A DNA stretch of 14,611 bases from Myxococcota bacterium (GCA_036149055.1 JAYZQJ010000203.1:1-14611); one strand, 5' to 3'. Numbered from the stretch's first letter, positions 5,044 through 13,433 are shown. Notes: generated by a model from the sequence alone, not told the origin. Program-made: numbers and translations.

Positions 5044-7854
5044 CTACCTCGGCGCGGCGGCCCCGCGGGTGATCCGGAGGCCCAGCTTGATCAGCTCGAA
5101 GATGGGGATCGGCAGGAACGCGAGGACGAGCACGACCGCCCACTCCGACGGGGCGAGGAAGTAGGTCTTGAAGACCGGGTGGAGGCTGGGCACGAGGATC
5201 GTCACCGCGTGCACCGAGAAGCTGATCGCGATCGCGAGCCAGAGCGCGCGGTTGCTGAACGGTCGCTTCAGCGCGCTCTCCGACCGGCTCCGGCAGTTGA
5301 AGGCGTGGAAGAGGGGCGAGACGGCGAGCAGGGTGAACGCCATCGCGCGGCAGCGCTGCAGCTGCTGCTCGTGGGTGCCGCCGCCGAGCAGCTCGGGCGC
5401 CCACTCGGGGAGCCAGTAGAGCGAGAGCGCCGCGCCGCCCATCACCACGCCGACCAGCAGCATGCCGAAGAAGTCGTCCCAGCCGACGATGCCCTCGCCC
5501 GGATCGCGCGGCGGATCCTTCATCTGCCCCGGGTCGGGCGGATCGACGCCGAGCGCGAGCGCGGGCAGGCCGTTGGTCACCAGGTTCACCCACAGGAGCT
5601 GCAGCGGGGTGAGCTGCGGCATCCACTCGAAGAACGAGCCCGCGATCACCGCCACGACCAGGCCGGCGTTGCTGCTGTTCAGGAAGAAGATGAACTTCTG
5701 GATGTTCCGGAAGATCGCGCGGCCCTCGCGCACGGCCTCGACGATGGTGGCGAAGTTGTCGTCCGCGAGCACCATCTCCGCCGCCTCGCGCGCGACGTCC
5801 GTGCCGCCGAGCCCCATCGCGACGCCGATCTGGGCCTCGCGCAGCGCCGGCGCGTCGTTCACCCCGTCGCCGGTCATCGCCGTGACCTCGCCGAGGCGCT
5901 TGAGGCTCCGGACGAGCCGCAGCTTCTGCTCGGCGGTGGTGCGGGCGAAGACCGAGACGTGCTCGATCTTGGTGAGCATGCGCTGGTCGTCGGTCTCCTG
6001 GATCTCGGCCCCGGTCATCGCGGTCGAGCCCTCGCGCCAGATCCCCAGCTCCTTCGCGATCGCGACCGCGGTGAGCTTGTGGTCGCCGGTGATCATCACC
6101 ACCCGGATGCCGGCGCGGTGGCACTCCTCGACCGCCGCCCGGACCTCGGGGCGGGGCGGGTCGAGCATCGCGGCGAAGCCGACGAAGACGAGGTCGCGCT
6201 CGACGTCGCCCTCGGGCTCGGGGCGGATGGCGAGGGCCAGCACCCGGAGCGCCCGGGTGGCGTAGGCCTCGTTCCGGCCCGCGAGGCGCTCGCGGGTCTC
6301 CTCGTCCATCGGCGCGATGGCGCCGTCCCGCATCACCCGGTCGCAGAGCGGCAGGAGCTGGTCGGGCGAGCCCTTCACGAAGGCGACCCGGGAGCCGTCC
6401 TCGCGCCGGGCGACCACGCTCATGCGCTTCCGGTCGCTGTCGAAGGGGAGCTCCTTCTCGATCTCGAGCGAGGCGAGCGCGCTCGCCCGGTCGACGCCGA
6501 GCTTCTTCGCCAGCACCAGGAGCGCGGCCTCGGTCGGGTCGCCGACCGGCCGGCGCCGGCCGTCCTTCTCCTCGAAGCTGGCCGTGTTGCAGATCGCGGC
6601 CACCTCGCCGAGCGCCCGGAGCGCCGGAGCGTCGACGTCCACCGCCGCGCCCTCGCGCTGCACCTCGCCCGCGTCGCCGTAGCCCTCGCCGGTCACGTCG
6701 AACGGCCCGTCGGCGGTCTCCACCGCCCGCACGGTCATCGCGTTCTGGGTGAGCGTGCCGGTCTTGTCGCTGCAGATGACGGTCGCGCTGCCGAGCGTCT
6801 CGACCGCGGGCAGCTTCCGCACGATCGCGCCGCGCTGGGCCATGCGCTGCATGCCGAGCGCGAGGGTGATGGTGGTGATCGCCGGCAGCCCCTCCGGGAT
6901 CGCCGCCACCGCGAGGCTCACCGCGGTGAGCAGCAGGATGGTCCAGGAGCGATCGCCCTGGAGCACGCCGAGCACGAAGAGCAGCACGCTCAGCGCCAGG
7001 CAGATGAGCAGGATGATGTTGCCGAGCCGGGCGAGCCGCTGCTCGAGCGGGGTGTCCTGCTGCTCCGCCTGGCGGATGAGGCTGCCGATCCGGCCGAGCT
7101 CGGTGTAGGCGCCGGTCTGCACGACCAGGCCCCGGGCCCGGCCGCGCACGGCGGTGGTGCCCATGTAGACCATGTTCACCCGCTCGGGGAGCGGCGCGTC
7201 CGCCCGGAGCGCGGCGCCCGCCTCCTTGGCCACCACCGTCGACTCGCCGGTGAGCGCCGCCTCCTCGGTGCCGAAGTCCTGGCTGCTCAGGAGGCGCAGA
7301 TCGGCGGGCACCGCGTCGCCGGCGGCGAGCTCCACCAGGTCGCCGGGCACCAGGGCCCGGGCGGGCAGGATGGCGACCGCGCCGTCCCGCACCACCTTCG
7401 CGTTCGGCGCCGCCATCTTCTGGAGCGCGTCGAGCGCCTGCTCCGCCCGGCGCTCCTGGAAGAAGCCGAGCAGCGCGTTGACGATGACGATGAGCAGGAT
7501 GGCGAGGGTGTCGCTGAACCGCTCGAGCCAGCTCTCGTCGCCGCCCTGGAAGATCGCGACGCCCATCGAGACCATCGCCGCGACCAGCAGCGCGCCGACC
7601 AGCGGATCGGCGAGCTGGGACAGCAGCTGCTTGAGCGCGCTGGGCCGCGGGGGCTCGGGGAGGGCGTTCTCGCCCATGCGCGCCCGGCGCGCCGAGACCT
7701 CGGCCCCGGTCAGCCCGGCCTCCGCGTCCGCGTCCCAGTACGCGACCGCCGCCCCTGCGTCGAGGACGTGCCAGTCCACCTGCCCCCGCTTGGGGGGCGG
7801 CGCGGTCTCCCGAGGCGCGCGCCGAACCGTCTCCTGGTCGCTCTCCGCCACCAC
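5044..7854 (-). CDS. Cation-translocating P-type ATPase, type IIA (SERCA-like) architecture with atypical ion-binding residues
   Basis: TGES (A domain), PEGLP (M4), CSDKTGTLT phosphorylation site (DKTGT at 6754-6768), PFDSDRKRMS, KGSPD, DPPR, MITGDH, MTGDGVNDAPAL, and QLLWVNLVTNGLPALAL (M6). The exact GTG start is uncertain. Confidence 0.95.
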   Translation of the reverse strand: MVAESDQETVRRAPRETAPPPKRGQVDWHVLDAGAAVAYWDADAEAGLTGAEVSARRARMGENALPEPPRPSALKQLLSQLADPLVGALLVAAMVSMGVAIFQGGDESWLERFSDTLAILLIVIVNALLGFFQERRAEQALDALQKMAAPNAKVVRDGAVAILPARALVPGDLVELAAGDAVPADLRLLSSQDFGTEEAALTGESTVVAKEAGAALRADAPLPERVNMVYMGTTAVRGRARGLVVQTGAYTELGRIGSLIRQAEQQDTPLEQRLARLGNIILLICLALSVLLFVLGVLQGDRSWTILLLTAVSLAVAAIPEGLPAITTITLALGMQRMAQRGAIVRKLPAVETLGSATVICSDKTGTLTQNAMTVRAVETADGPFDVTGEGYGDAGEVQREGAAVDVDAPALRALGEVAAICNTASFEEKDGRRRPVGDPTEAALLVLAKKLGVDRASALASLEIEKELPFDSDRKRMSVVARREDGSRVAFVKGSPDQLLPLCDRVMRDGAIAPMDEETRERLAGRNEAYATRALRVLALAIRPEPEGDVERDLVFVGFAAMLDPPRPEVRAAVEECHRAGIRVVMITGDHKLTAVAIAKELGIWREGSTAMTGAEIQETDDQRMLTKIEHVSVFARTTAEQKLRLVRSLKRLGEVTAMTGDGVNDAPALREAQIGVAMGLGGTDVAREAAEMVLADDNFATIVEAVREGRAIFRNIQKFIFFLNSSNAGLVVAVIAGSFFEWMPQLTPLQLLWVNLVTNGLPALALGVDPPDPGQMKDPPRDPGEGIVGWDDFFGMLLVGVVMGGAALSLYWLPEWAPELLGGGTHEQQLQRCRAMAFTLLAVSPLFHAFNCRSRSESALKRPFSNRALWLAIAISFSVHAVTILVPSLHPVFKTYFLAPSEWAVVLVLAFLPIPIFELIKLGLRITRGAAAPR

Positions 7855-8006
7855 GTGGTCTCTCTTCCCCCGAGGCGACCTCCATAACCGCGGGCACCGC
7901 GCTCCGCAATGGCGCGCGCTCGCGCAGCCGAGAGAACGGACATACCCTTGGGGGGCGCTTCCGAAACCGTTCGCGGCGCCTTAGATCGGAGCGGAGACCC
8001 GACGAC

Positions 8007-9737
8007 GTGATCCCGATCCTCCTTCGACTGCTCGGCAACTTCTTCCGCCTCCTCACGGCGCCGATGTGGTTCCTCGGGCACCGGGCCATGCGGCCGCGCT
8101 CCCGCTGGGTGCACGTCCGGCTCCGCCCGCGCATCGTGGAGATCGAGAAGGACCTGCCGTTCTTCGTGGACTGGATCCCCGGGCTCACCGAGCGGCGCCC
8201 GACCTCGCTGACCACCCTGCGGGAGCTGGCCGACCAGGTCCTCGACGACGAGCGCATGGTCGGGGTGGTCTTCGACATCCCGCCGCTGATGGCCGGCTGG
8301 GCGACCTGCCAGTCGCTGCGCGACCTGATGGTGCGGCTGCGCGAGGGCGACCGCCGGGTCGTCGCCTACCTCTCGCGCGGGGGCGGCAACCGGGAGCTCT
8401 ACGTGGCGAGCGCGGCCGACCGCATCCTCGCGAGCCCCCAGTCGCAGCTCTCGCCGCTCGGCCTCGCGGCCACCATGACCTACTTCAAGGGCCTGCTCGA
8501 CAAGGTCGGGGTCGAGGTCGAGTCCTTCCGCCGCGCCGAGTACAAGACCGCGGTCGAGCCGGCGACCCGCTCGGAGATGAGCGAGGAGCAGCGCGAGCAG
8601 ACCGACGCGCTCCTGGGCACCATCGACCGCACCCTGCGGCAGGCCCTCGCGGCCCGCCCGAACACCGACGACGCCGCGGTCGAGCGCTTCTTCGAGGACG
8701 CGATCCTCCCGGCCGAGGAGGCGGTGGAGCGCGGGCTGATCGACGCCGTCTGCTACGAGGACGAGCTGCCCACCTGGCTCGGCGAGGACCGGACCGTCAC
8801 CCCGGTGGTCCGCGGGCCCCGCTACTACCACTGGCGCAAGCGCCGCTGGATGAAGCGCGTCGCGCCCGAGCGGTTCATCGCGGTCGTCCCGGTCCACGGC
8901 TCGATCTCGCAGGGCGGCCCGGCGACCCGCGGCGGCATGCAGCTCGGCTCGACCATCGCCACCCTGCGCGCGGCGCGCCGCAACCCGATGGTCGCCGGGG
9001 TGGTGCTGCACGTGAACTCGCCCGGCGGCTCGGCGCTCGCGAGCGATCTGATCCACCGCGAGGTGACCCGCCTCAAGGAGCTCAAGCCGGTCGTGGCCTG
9101 CTTCGGCGACGTGGCCGCGAGCGGCGGCTACTACGTCTCGGCCGGCGCCGACGCGGTCGTGGCCCAGCCGATGACCGTGACCGGCTCGATCGGCGTCGTC
9201 TCGGCCCGCCTCATCACCGAGCCCCTGATGGAGCGCTTCGGGGTGAAGGTCGACACCATCCGCAAGGCGCCCCACGCCGACATGTTCCAGCGCCCGGGCC
9301 GGCTCGGGGCCCGCGCCCAGGAGATCGTCGAGCGCGAGATCGAGAGCTTCTACCGCACCTTCGTGAAGCTGGTCGCCGACGGCCGCGGCAAGCCGGTCGA
9401 CGAGATCGAGCCGGTGGCGCGCGGGCGGGTCTGGTCCGGCGAGGACGCGCAGGCCCGGGGCCTGGTCGACGCGCTCGGGGGCCTCGACGTCGCGCTCGAC
9501 GAGGTGCGCAAGCGCCTCGAGGGCCGGATGAGCGAGAAGGCGCGGGCCGCGCTCCGCCCCCGCCACACCGTGGTGCGCCGGCTGGAGATCCCGCCCGCCG
9601 AGCCGCGCAAGGTCGGCGAGGCCGCCGCGATGGCCCTGCTCGAGGGGGTCCACCCGCAGGCGGCCGAGCTGTGGCGCCTGGCCCAGGGCGGCGAGCGCGT
9701 CCTCGTCTACGCGCCCGGGCTCCCCGAGATCCGGTAG
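8007..9737 (+). CDS. sppA: Signal peptide peptidase A (protease IV, S49), long tandem-domain form
   Basis: EYKTAVEP (catalytic Lys, 8544-8546), VNSPGGSALASDLI, VAASGGYYVS (catalytic Ser, 9120-9122), TGSIGV, and ARGRVWSGEDAQARGLVDALGG. GGAG lies upstream of the GTG start. Confidence 0.93.
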   Translation: MIPILLRLLGNFFRLLTAPMWFLGHRAMRPRSRWVHVRLRPRIVEIEKDLPFFVDWIPGLTERRPTSLTTLRELADQVLDDERMVGVVFDIPPLMAGWATCQSLRDLMVRLREGDRRVVAYLSRGGGNRELYVASAADRILASPQSQLSPLGLAATMTYFKGLLDKVGVEVESFRRAEYKTAVEPATRSEMSEEQREQTDALLGTIDRTLRQALAARPNTDDAAVERFFEDAILPAEEAVERGLIDAVCYEDELPTWLGEDRTVTPVVRGPRYYHWRKRRWMKRVAPERFIAVVPVHGSISQGGPATRGGMQLGSTIATLRAARRNPMVAGVVLHVNSPGGSALASDLIHREVTRLKELKPVVACFGDVAASGGYYVSAGADAVVAQPMTVTGSIGVVSARLITEPLMERFGVKVDTIRKAPHADMFQRPGRLGARAQEIVEREIESFYRTFVKLVADGRGKPVDEIEPVARGRVWSGEDAQARGLVDALGGLDVALDEVRKRLEGRMSEKARAALRPRHTVVRRLEIPPAEPRKVGEAAAMALLEGVHPQAAELWRLAQGGERVLVYAPGLPEIR

Positions 9738-9754
9738 CCGACGCGCGCTCCTGG

Positions 9755-9808
9755 TTGTCTCCGCCGGGGGTGACGCTTTATCGTCGGCCCCGACCCGCGA
9801 AAAAGGAG
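9755..9808 (+). promoter_or_regulatory. Candidate sigma70-type promoter TTGTCT-N18-TATCGT plus RBS AAGGAG
   Basis: TTGTCT at 9755-9760, TATCGT at 9779-9784, AAGGAG at 9803-9808, ATG at 9812. Confidence 0.45.
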
Positions 9809-9811
9809 ACG

Positions 9812-10417
9812 ATGTCGATGCGTTCGAGCACCTGGATCCCGTTGTTCGCCGCCCTGGTGGCGCTCCTCGGCCCCAACGTCATGGGCTGCGGTGGTGGCAG
9901 CGGCGTCAACGTCGCCGAGGGCCCCATGCCCGACGGCGGCTCCTTCACCGGCGTCTGGCACAGCCCCCAGTACGGGGAGATGCACATGGTGCAGACCGGC
10001 CAGCAGGTGGTGGGCAACTACACGAAGGACGAGCGGACCGGCCGCATCCAGGGCACGGTGCGCGGCAACGTGATGCGCTTCGAGTGGAGCGAGCAGCGCG
10101 AGATGGTCTCCGGCGTGCCCCAGACCACCCGCGGCCGCGGCTACTTCCGCTACGCGGTCGGCGACGACGGCGACCACTACATTCAGGGGGAGTGGGGCCA
10201 CGACGACAACATGGCCGGCGGCGGCCCCTGGAACGCGGTGCGTGACCGCCGGGCGCAGCCCGAGGTGAACCCGCGGAGCGACGAGGAGACGGCCGGCTCC
10301 GAGAACTTCGAGGAGTTCGACACCGCGGGGGACGGCGCGGGCGGCGGCGGCGGCGGTGGCGGGGCGAGCGGCGGCGGCGACTCCGGCGGCGACGACCTCG
10401 ACCTCGGCGACCTCTGA
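9812..10417 (+). CDS. Putative lipoprotein with small beta-barrel-like domain and Gly/Asp-rich disordered tail
   Basis: Real coding part of the 8066..10417 ORF. Strong RBS, signal peptide ending VMG-C, beta-strand pattern FTGVWHSPQYGEMHMVQTGQQVVGNYT...GRIQGTVRGNVMRFEW...IQGEWG, and tail GGGGGGGGASGGGDSGGDDLDLGDL. Confidence 0.8.
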   Translation: MSMRSSTWIPLFAALVALLGPNVMGCGGGSGVNVAEGPMPDGGSFTGVWHSPQYGEMHMVQTGQQVVGNYTKDERTGRIQGTVRGNVMRFEWSEQREMVSGVPQTTRGRGYFRYAVGDDGDHYIQGEWGHDDNMAGGGPWNAVRDRRAQPEVNPRSDEETAGSENFEEFDTAGDGAGGGGGGGGASGGGDSGGDDLDLGDL

Positions 10418-10421
10418 ACGG

Positions 10422-11213
10422 TCACCCCAGCAGGAGACCGAGCAGGAACGCGCCCGCGCTCATGGCGAGCGCGGCGCGGGCCGCGGCGAGGGCGCCGATC
10501 GCGTAGAGGGTCCGCGCGTCCCGGTGGGCGGACGCGTGGGCGAGGGCGGCGTCGCCCCGCTCGAGCGCGTCCTCGGCCCGGCGCTCCACCCACCCGCCGA
10601 GCTCGGCGACGGCCGCGTAGACCCGGACGCCGACGCGCTCCAGCTCGTGGGGCGCGGCGGCGCGCCTCTGGTCGGGGGTCGACCGGGGCTCCTCCCCGGC
10701 GGCCACCCAGGCGGCGTCGAACGCGTCGAGGCGCTCCACCACCGTGTCCTCATCAGGCGCCGTGTCTTCGTCCGCGTCGCCCCACCGCGGCGGCGGCGGC
10801 GCGAAGCGGGGCGGCGGCAGGGACGCGGGCGGCGGCGCGAACGAGCCCGGCCGGGGCGCGGCCAGCGTCGCGGGCGCCGGCTTCGAGGGAGGCAGCTTCG
10901 AGGGAGGCAGCTTCGAGGGCGGCGGCTTCGAGGGAGCCGGCGGCGCGACCGAGCGCCCGAGGCGGGCGGCCGACGCGGGAGGGGGCGGCGGCGCGGAGGG
11001 CGCCCTCCGGAGCGGAGTCGGCGCCTGGCGGAGCCGGACCCCGCTCGGCGTCCGATCCTTCCGCGCGCCCCCCGGGACCGGCGGCGGCACCGGGAGCCGC
11101 GGGATCGCGGGCGCCTTGGGCACCGGGCCCGAGCGCCCGGGCGGGGGCCGCGTCGAGCGGCGCGCCGCCGGAGGGGGAGGCGGAGGGACGGCGGCGTGGG
11201 CCCGGCGGGTCAT
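10422..11213 (-). CDS. Hypothetical proline-rich protein with a C-terminal hydrophobic helix (start uncertain)
   Basis: Fills the gap between two + strand genes and stops 4 bp from the lipoprotein stop. Long Pro/Arg/Ser low-complexity N-terminus, acidic DADEDTAPDEDTVV segment, helical region, and terminal AALAMSAGAFLLGLLLG. Confidence 0.55.
   Translation of the reverse strand: MTRRAHAAVPPPPPPAARRSTRPPPGRSGPVPKAPAIPRLPVPPPVPGGARKDRTPSGVRLRQAPTPLRRAPSAPPPPPASAARLGRSVAPPAPSKPPPSKLPPSKLPPSKPAPATLAAPRPGSFAPPPASLPPPRFAPPPPRWGDADEDTAPDEDTVVERLDAFDAAWVAAGEEPRSTPDQRRAAAPHELERVGVRVYAAVAELGGWVERRAEDALERGDAALAHASAHRDARTLYAIGALAAARAALAMSAGAFLLGLLLG
10879..10938 (-). repeat. 4 x 15-bp in-frame tandem repeat (PPSK[P/L]-like pentapeptide)
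   Basis: Plus strand ggcttcgagggaggc / agcttcgagggaggc / agcttcgagggcggc / ggcttcgagggagcc. Confidence 0.85.
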
Positions 11214-11356
11214 GCCCCGTGGGGCAGCAATCGGCGTACCGGTGGGCGTCGTGGGTGATCCGCGGCTCCGGGTCCCCTCCGATGGAGCCTCCGGTGCTCC
11301 GCCGAGGTCTCCGCCTCCCGACCGGCGGGCTTCACGGAAATTTCGCGCGCGGCCCA

Positions 11357-11385
11357 TCGTCAAGGCGGCGCGCCTTCGCTACTCT
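11357..11385 (+). promoter_or_regulatory. Candidate promoter TCGTCA-N17-TACTCT, 7 nt before ATG 11393 (leaderless-type)
   Basis: TCGTCA at 11357-11362, TACTCT at 11380-11385, then ctgcgtc-ATG with no Shine-Dalgarno sequence. Confidence 0.5.
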
Positions 11386-11392
11386 CTGCGTC

Positions 11393-13390
11393 ATGCTGCG
11401 ACACGCTTCTTCGCTCGCCCTGTGTGCCCTCCTCGCGCTCGGATGTGACCCCGGCAACGCCCGCCCGACCCGCGACGGCGGCGGCGGGGACGCGGGGCGT
11501 GACCCGGGGGCCGACACGGACGGCGACGGGATCGCGGACGCAGACGAGGGCGTCGACACCCTGCGCGACACCGACGGCGACGGGGAGCCGGACTACCTCG
11601 ACAGCGACAGCGACGGTGACGGCATCCCCGACTCCGTCGAGGCCGGAGACGACAACCCGGCCACGCCGCCGCGCGACAGCGACGGCGACGGCTCACCCGA
11701 CTTCATCGACCTCGACTCGGACGACAACGGCATCCCGGACGTCGACGAGACCGACGGTGACGTCGACGGCGACGGCACGCCCGACTTCGCCGACACCGAC
11801 GACGACAACGACCTGATCACCGACGCGCAGGAGCTGTCCACCGGCCTCGCCCCGCCCAACGACAACGACGGCGACGGCATCCCGGACTACCAGGACAACG
11901 ACAGCGACAACGACACCATCCTCGACGGCCACGAGCGCGACCTCGACACCGACGGCGACGGCACGCCCGACGTCTTCGACCTCGACACCGACGGCGACGG
12001 CATCCCCGACGAGACCGAGGCCGGCGACTCCGACGTCGGCACCCAGCCGGTCGACACCGACATGGACGGCACGCCCGACTTCCGCGACTTCGACTCGGAC
12101 AACGACGGCCTCAGCGACGCCGACGAGGTGGCGATGTACGGCACCTCGCCGACCGCCGAGGACTCGGACGGCGACGGGGTCAGCGACCTCATCGAGGTCA
12201 GCGCGGGCACCGACCCGGGCGACGGCATGGACAGCCCGCGGACCCGCGGCGACTTCGTCTTCGTCGTGCCCTTCGAGGAGGCGCCGATGCCGGAGCGGGA
12301 CACGCTCACCTTCCGCACCAGCATCCAGTTCGCCGACATCTACTTCCTCTTCGACCAGTCCGGCTCGATGAGCGGCGAGATCAACGCGCTGCGCGACGCG
12401 GTGACCACGGTCATCGGCAACCTGCAGTGCGCCGACACCGGCACCGCGTGCATGCGAGACTCCGAGTGCGGCGCGGCCGAGATCTGCAGCCCGTTCTCGA
12501 ACACCTGCATCGAGGATCCGGGCATGAGCTCCTGCATCCTCAGCCCCTGGACCGGCACCGGCTTCTACGAGGCGTACTACGAGAACCGCCTCTCGCTGCA
12601 GGCCGACCCGGCGATGACCAGCGCGCGCATCCGGACGAGCACGTTCGGCGGCACCGAGGAGCTGTACGAGGCGCTGCACGGCGTGGTGGATCCCTCGCGC
12701 TCGGGCACCGACGCGCGCGGCTGCACCGGCCCGATGCCGCCCGGCTTCGTCGGCTGCCCGTCGTTCCGCGCCGAGGCGGTGAAGATCCTCGTGGCCTTCA
12801 CCGACGAGGACAGCGACGGCGGCTTCACCTCCAGCGACACCGGCATGGCGCTCTCGGGCGCCGGCATCTCGATGATCGGCGTCTGGAGCGGCTCGCCCGG
12901 CTCCGCGGCGCGCAACGAGCTCCGCGACGTGGTCCGCGACTCCGGCTCGCTCGACCGCACCGGCCAGCCGCTCCTCTTCGAGGGCCAGGACAGCTCGGTG
13001 GTGCCGGCCGTCACCTCGGCCATCAACGAGATCGTCGAAGGCGTGCCGCTCCGGGTGACCATCGACGCGGTGGACGAGCCCGACGACGCGGGCGACTCGA
13101 TCCAGTTCATCGAGCGCCTCGAGACCAACACCACCGGCATGGGCTGCACCGCCATCATGACCGAGGACAGCGACGGCGACGGCGTCCAGGACACCTTCCC
13201 GGAGGTCACGCCCGGCACCCCGGTCTGCTTCGACGTGGTGGCCCGCCGCAACGACTTCGTGATGCCGACGACGACCCCGCAGGTCTTCATCGCCCGCCTC
13301 ACGGTCTACGGCGACGGCTCGCCGCTCGACAGCCGCCTCGTCTACTTCCTGGTGCCGCCCGAGATCGAGGGACCCGGCGGCCCGATGTGA
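11393..13390 (+). CDS. Lipoprotein with thrombospondin type-3-like Ca-binding repeats and an integrin-beta-like VWA domain (CglD-like adhesin)
   Basis: Lipobox LALG-C. About 14 DxDxDG-type motifs (about 11512-12180). ADIYFLFDQSGSM with the MIDAS DxSxS at 12353-12367, GGTEELYEAL, FRAEAVKILVAFTDED, and a C-terminal beta-sandwich segment PGTPVCFDVVA. Confidence 0.8.
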   Translation: MLRHASSLALCALLALGCDPGNARPTRDGGGGDAGRDPGADTDGDGIADADEGVDTLRDTDGDGEPDYLDSDSDGDGIPDSVEAGDDNPATPPRDSDGDGSPDFIDLDSDDNGIPDVDETDGDVDGDGTPDFADTDDDNDLITDAQELSTGLAPPNDNDGDGIPDYQDNDSDNDTILDGHERDLDTDGDGTPDVFDLDTDGDGIPDETEAGDSDVGTQPVDTDMDGTPDFRDFDSDNDGLSDADEVAMYGTSPTAEDSDGDGVSDLIEVSAGTDPGDGMDSPRTRGDFVFVVPFEEAPMPERDTLTFRTSIQFADIYFLFDQSGSMSGEINALRDAVTTVIGNLQCADTGTACMRDSECGAAEICSPFSNTCIEDPGMSSCILSPWTGTGFYEAYYENRLSLQADPAMTSARIRTSTFGGTEELYEALHGVVDPSRSGTDARGCTGPMPPGFVGCPSFRAEAVKILVAFTDEDSDGGFTSSDTGMALSGAGISMIGVWSGSPGSAARNELRDVVRDSGSLDRTGQPLLFEGQDSSVVPAVTSAINEIVEGVPLRVTIDAVDEPDDAGDSIQFIERLETNTTGMGCTAIMTEDSDGDGVQDTFPEVTPGTPVCFDVVARRNDFVMPTTTPQVFIARLTVYGDGSPLDSRLVYFLVPPEIEGPGGPM

Positions 13391-13403
13391 TCGCCGCCGC
13401 GCT

Positions 13404-13433
13404 CGTCGCGCCCTCGGAAGCGGGGGCGCGACG
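13404..13433. terminator. 13-bp stem hairpin between convergent genes; probable terminator or 3'-stabilising structure
   Basis: cgtcgcgccctcg-gaag-cgggggcgcgacg (one G.U pair), located in the 54-bp gap between the stops at 13390 and 13445; no U-tract. Confidence 0.6.

Noticed and set aside
4531..7887. 1118-aa + strand ORF, and the 1105-aa alternate-frame - strand ORF at 4961..8278
   Set aside because: Antisense or frame-shifted shadows of the P-type ATPase and mglB. They show no motifs, and stop codons are scarce in DNA this GC-rich.
8066..9811. Apparent 783-aa protein or frameshift fusion of sppA with the downstream lipoprotein
   Set aside because: The upstream part is a shadow frame of sppA. 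sppA has its own stop at 9737, and the lipoprotein has its own RBS, signal peptide and candidate promoter.
10336..10380. (GGC)n run as a contingency locus
   Set aside because: In-frame, interrupted poly-Gly linker; length changes would not shift the frame
11512..12230. Repetitive gacNNNgacggcgacggc DNA as a mobile or CRISPR-like array
   Set aside because: Fully explained by in-frame DxDxDG calcium-binding peptide repeats
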